A stretch of DNA of 63,942 nt, filler included, from Octopus bimaculoides (taxonomy: Eukaryota), in assembly GCF_001194135.2 (NCBI RefSeq). It is 8 parts of 8 records of this genome, joined end to end, with 100 filler letters (N's around TTAATTAATTAA, not from the genome) between each part and the next. Parts side by side here need not be neighbours in the genome. Positions count along the whole stretch, not along the records: positions 62,481 to 63,942 come from NC_068981.1; 7 more parts are not named here. One strand, written 5' to 3'. A program made the translations under genes and the position numbers. The first letter of the stretch is position 1, and the number at the start of each line of letters is the position of its first letter. Positions 63,469-63,942 of this stretch are shown one piece after another. The notes beneath the pieces are model-generated. The model was not told the origin of the DNA. It saw only the letters and a list, made by a program, of their open reading frames with translations, and did no database searches.

Positions 63469-63530
63469 TATATGTATGTATGTATGTATGTATTTATATA
63501 TGTATGTATGTATGTATTTATGTACGTATA
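63240..63530. repeat. Long compound (TATG)n/(TA)n microsatellite
   Basis: Direct inspection. Confidence 0.95.
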
Positions 63531-63671
63531 TTCAGCTTCTGGGCTTCTCTCTACACGCAGCCATTTCATTCCTCTCCATTTTCGCTCTCACTGTTCCATA
63601 CTCTGTCATCCCTGTTCTTGTCTCCTCAATCTTTTCCCCCTCTTTTAACTGTCGTCTCCCCCCCTCTTCCT

Positions 63672-63717
<46 letters not shown>

Positions 63718-63942
63718 ATCGACTCCGACGCTCACCTTTTTCTCCTTTTTGTTCTTTCGGTCTCTTGATTGCCCATTCAAATGTCAGTGAAGACAAATCA
63801 ACGGCACTCGATCTGCTTGTGCTGATATTAATAGCCAGCTTGCAAATATCTGGGGAATTAGCTTAAACAGTTAAAAGACAAAAAGCGGCATATGTCGTTC
63901 TCGTCTCCTACCCATCAACCTCACAAACTCTGCTTTGTCTTT

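Noticed and set aside
1846-63866. Long ORFs in the track rich in X, YI, HT, CV, RE or MYVC repeats
   Set aside because: They are read-throughs of N gaps and di- or tetranucleotide microsatellites, which lack stop codons; no coding signal.

Overview
This is AT-rich, non-coding eukaryotic DNA from a gappy short-read assembly: a large fraction is N and most gaps are flanked by (TA)n, (CA)n, (GA)n or (TATG)n. The repeat repertoire points to an octopus or other coleoid cephalopod genome (inference from the SINE families and microsatellite load). I could not support any host protein-coding exon, tRNA, rRNA or CRISPR array, and nearly all listed ORFs are microsatellite or N read-throughs. The interpretable content is decayed mobile DNA. 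DNA transposons: a Tc1-like element with DD36E spacing (3.7-4.7 kb), two DD37D/maT relics (26 kb, 54.7 kb), two mariner relics, a Helentron-type non-autonomous element and a hAT end. Retroelements: Penelope-like RT and GIY-YIG fragments missed by the ORF track (17.3-19.2 kb), an R4/Dong LINE lacking both its RT core and its endonuclease (20.9-22.6 kb), CR1-type 3' ends, and at least four tRNA-derived SINE families sharing modules. Best leads: a 20-bp minisatellite expanded from transposase coding sequence, a CpG-rich motif cluster at 52.7-52.8 kb that looks like a promoter or enhancer, an isolated GC-rich perfect hairpin at 5158-5202, an unclassified repeat that recurs in (TA)n tracts, and three inverted-repeat structures. 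I found no convincing evidence of a new multi-gene biological system. Seven 44N-TTAATTAATTAA-44N blocks are artificial linkers, so adjacency across them is not reliable.
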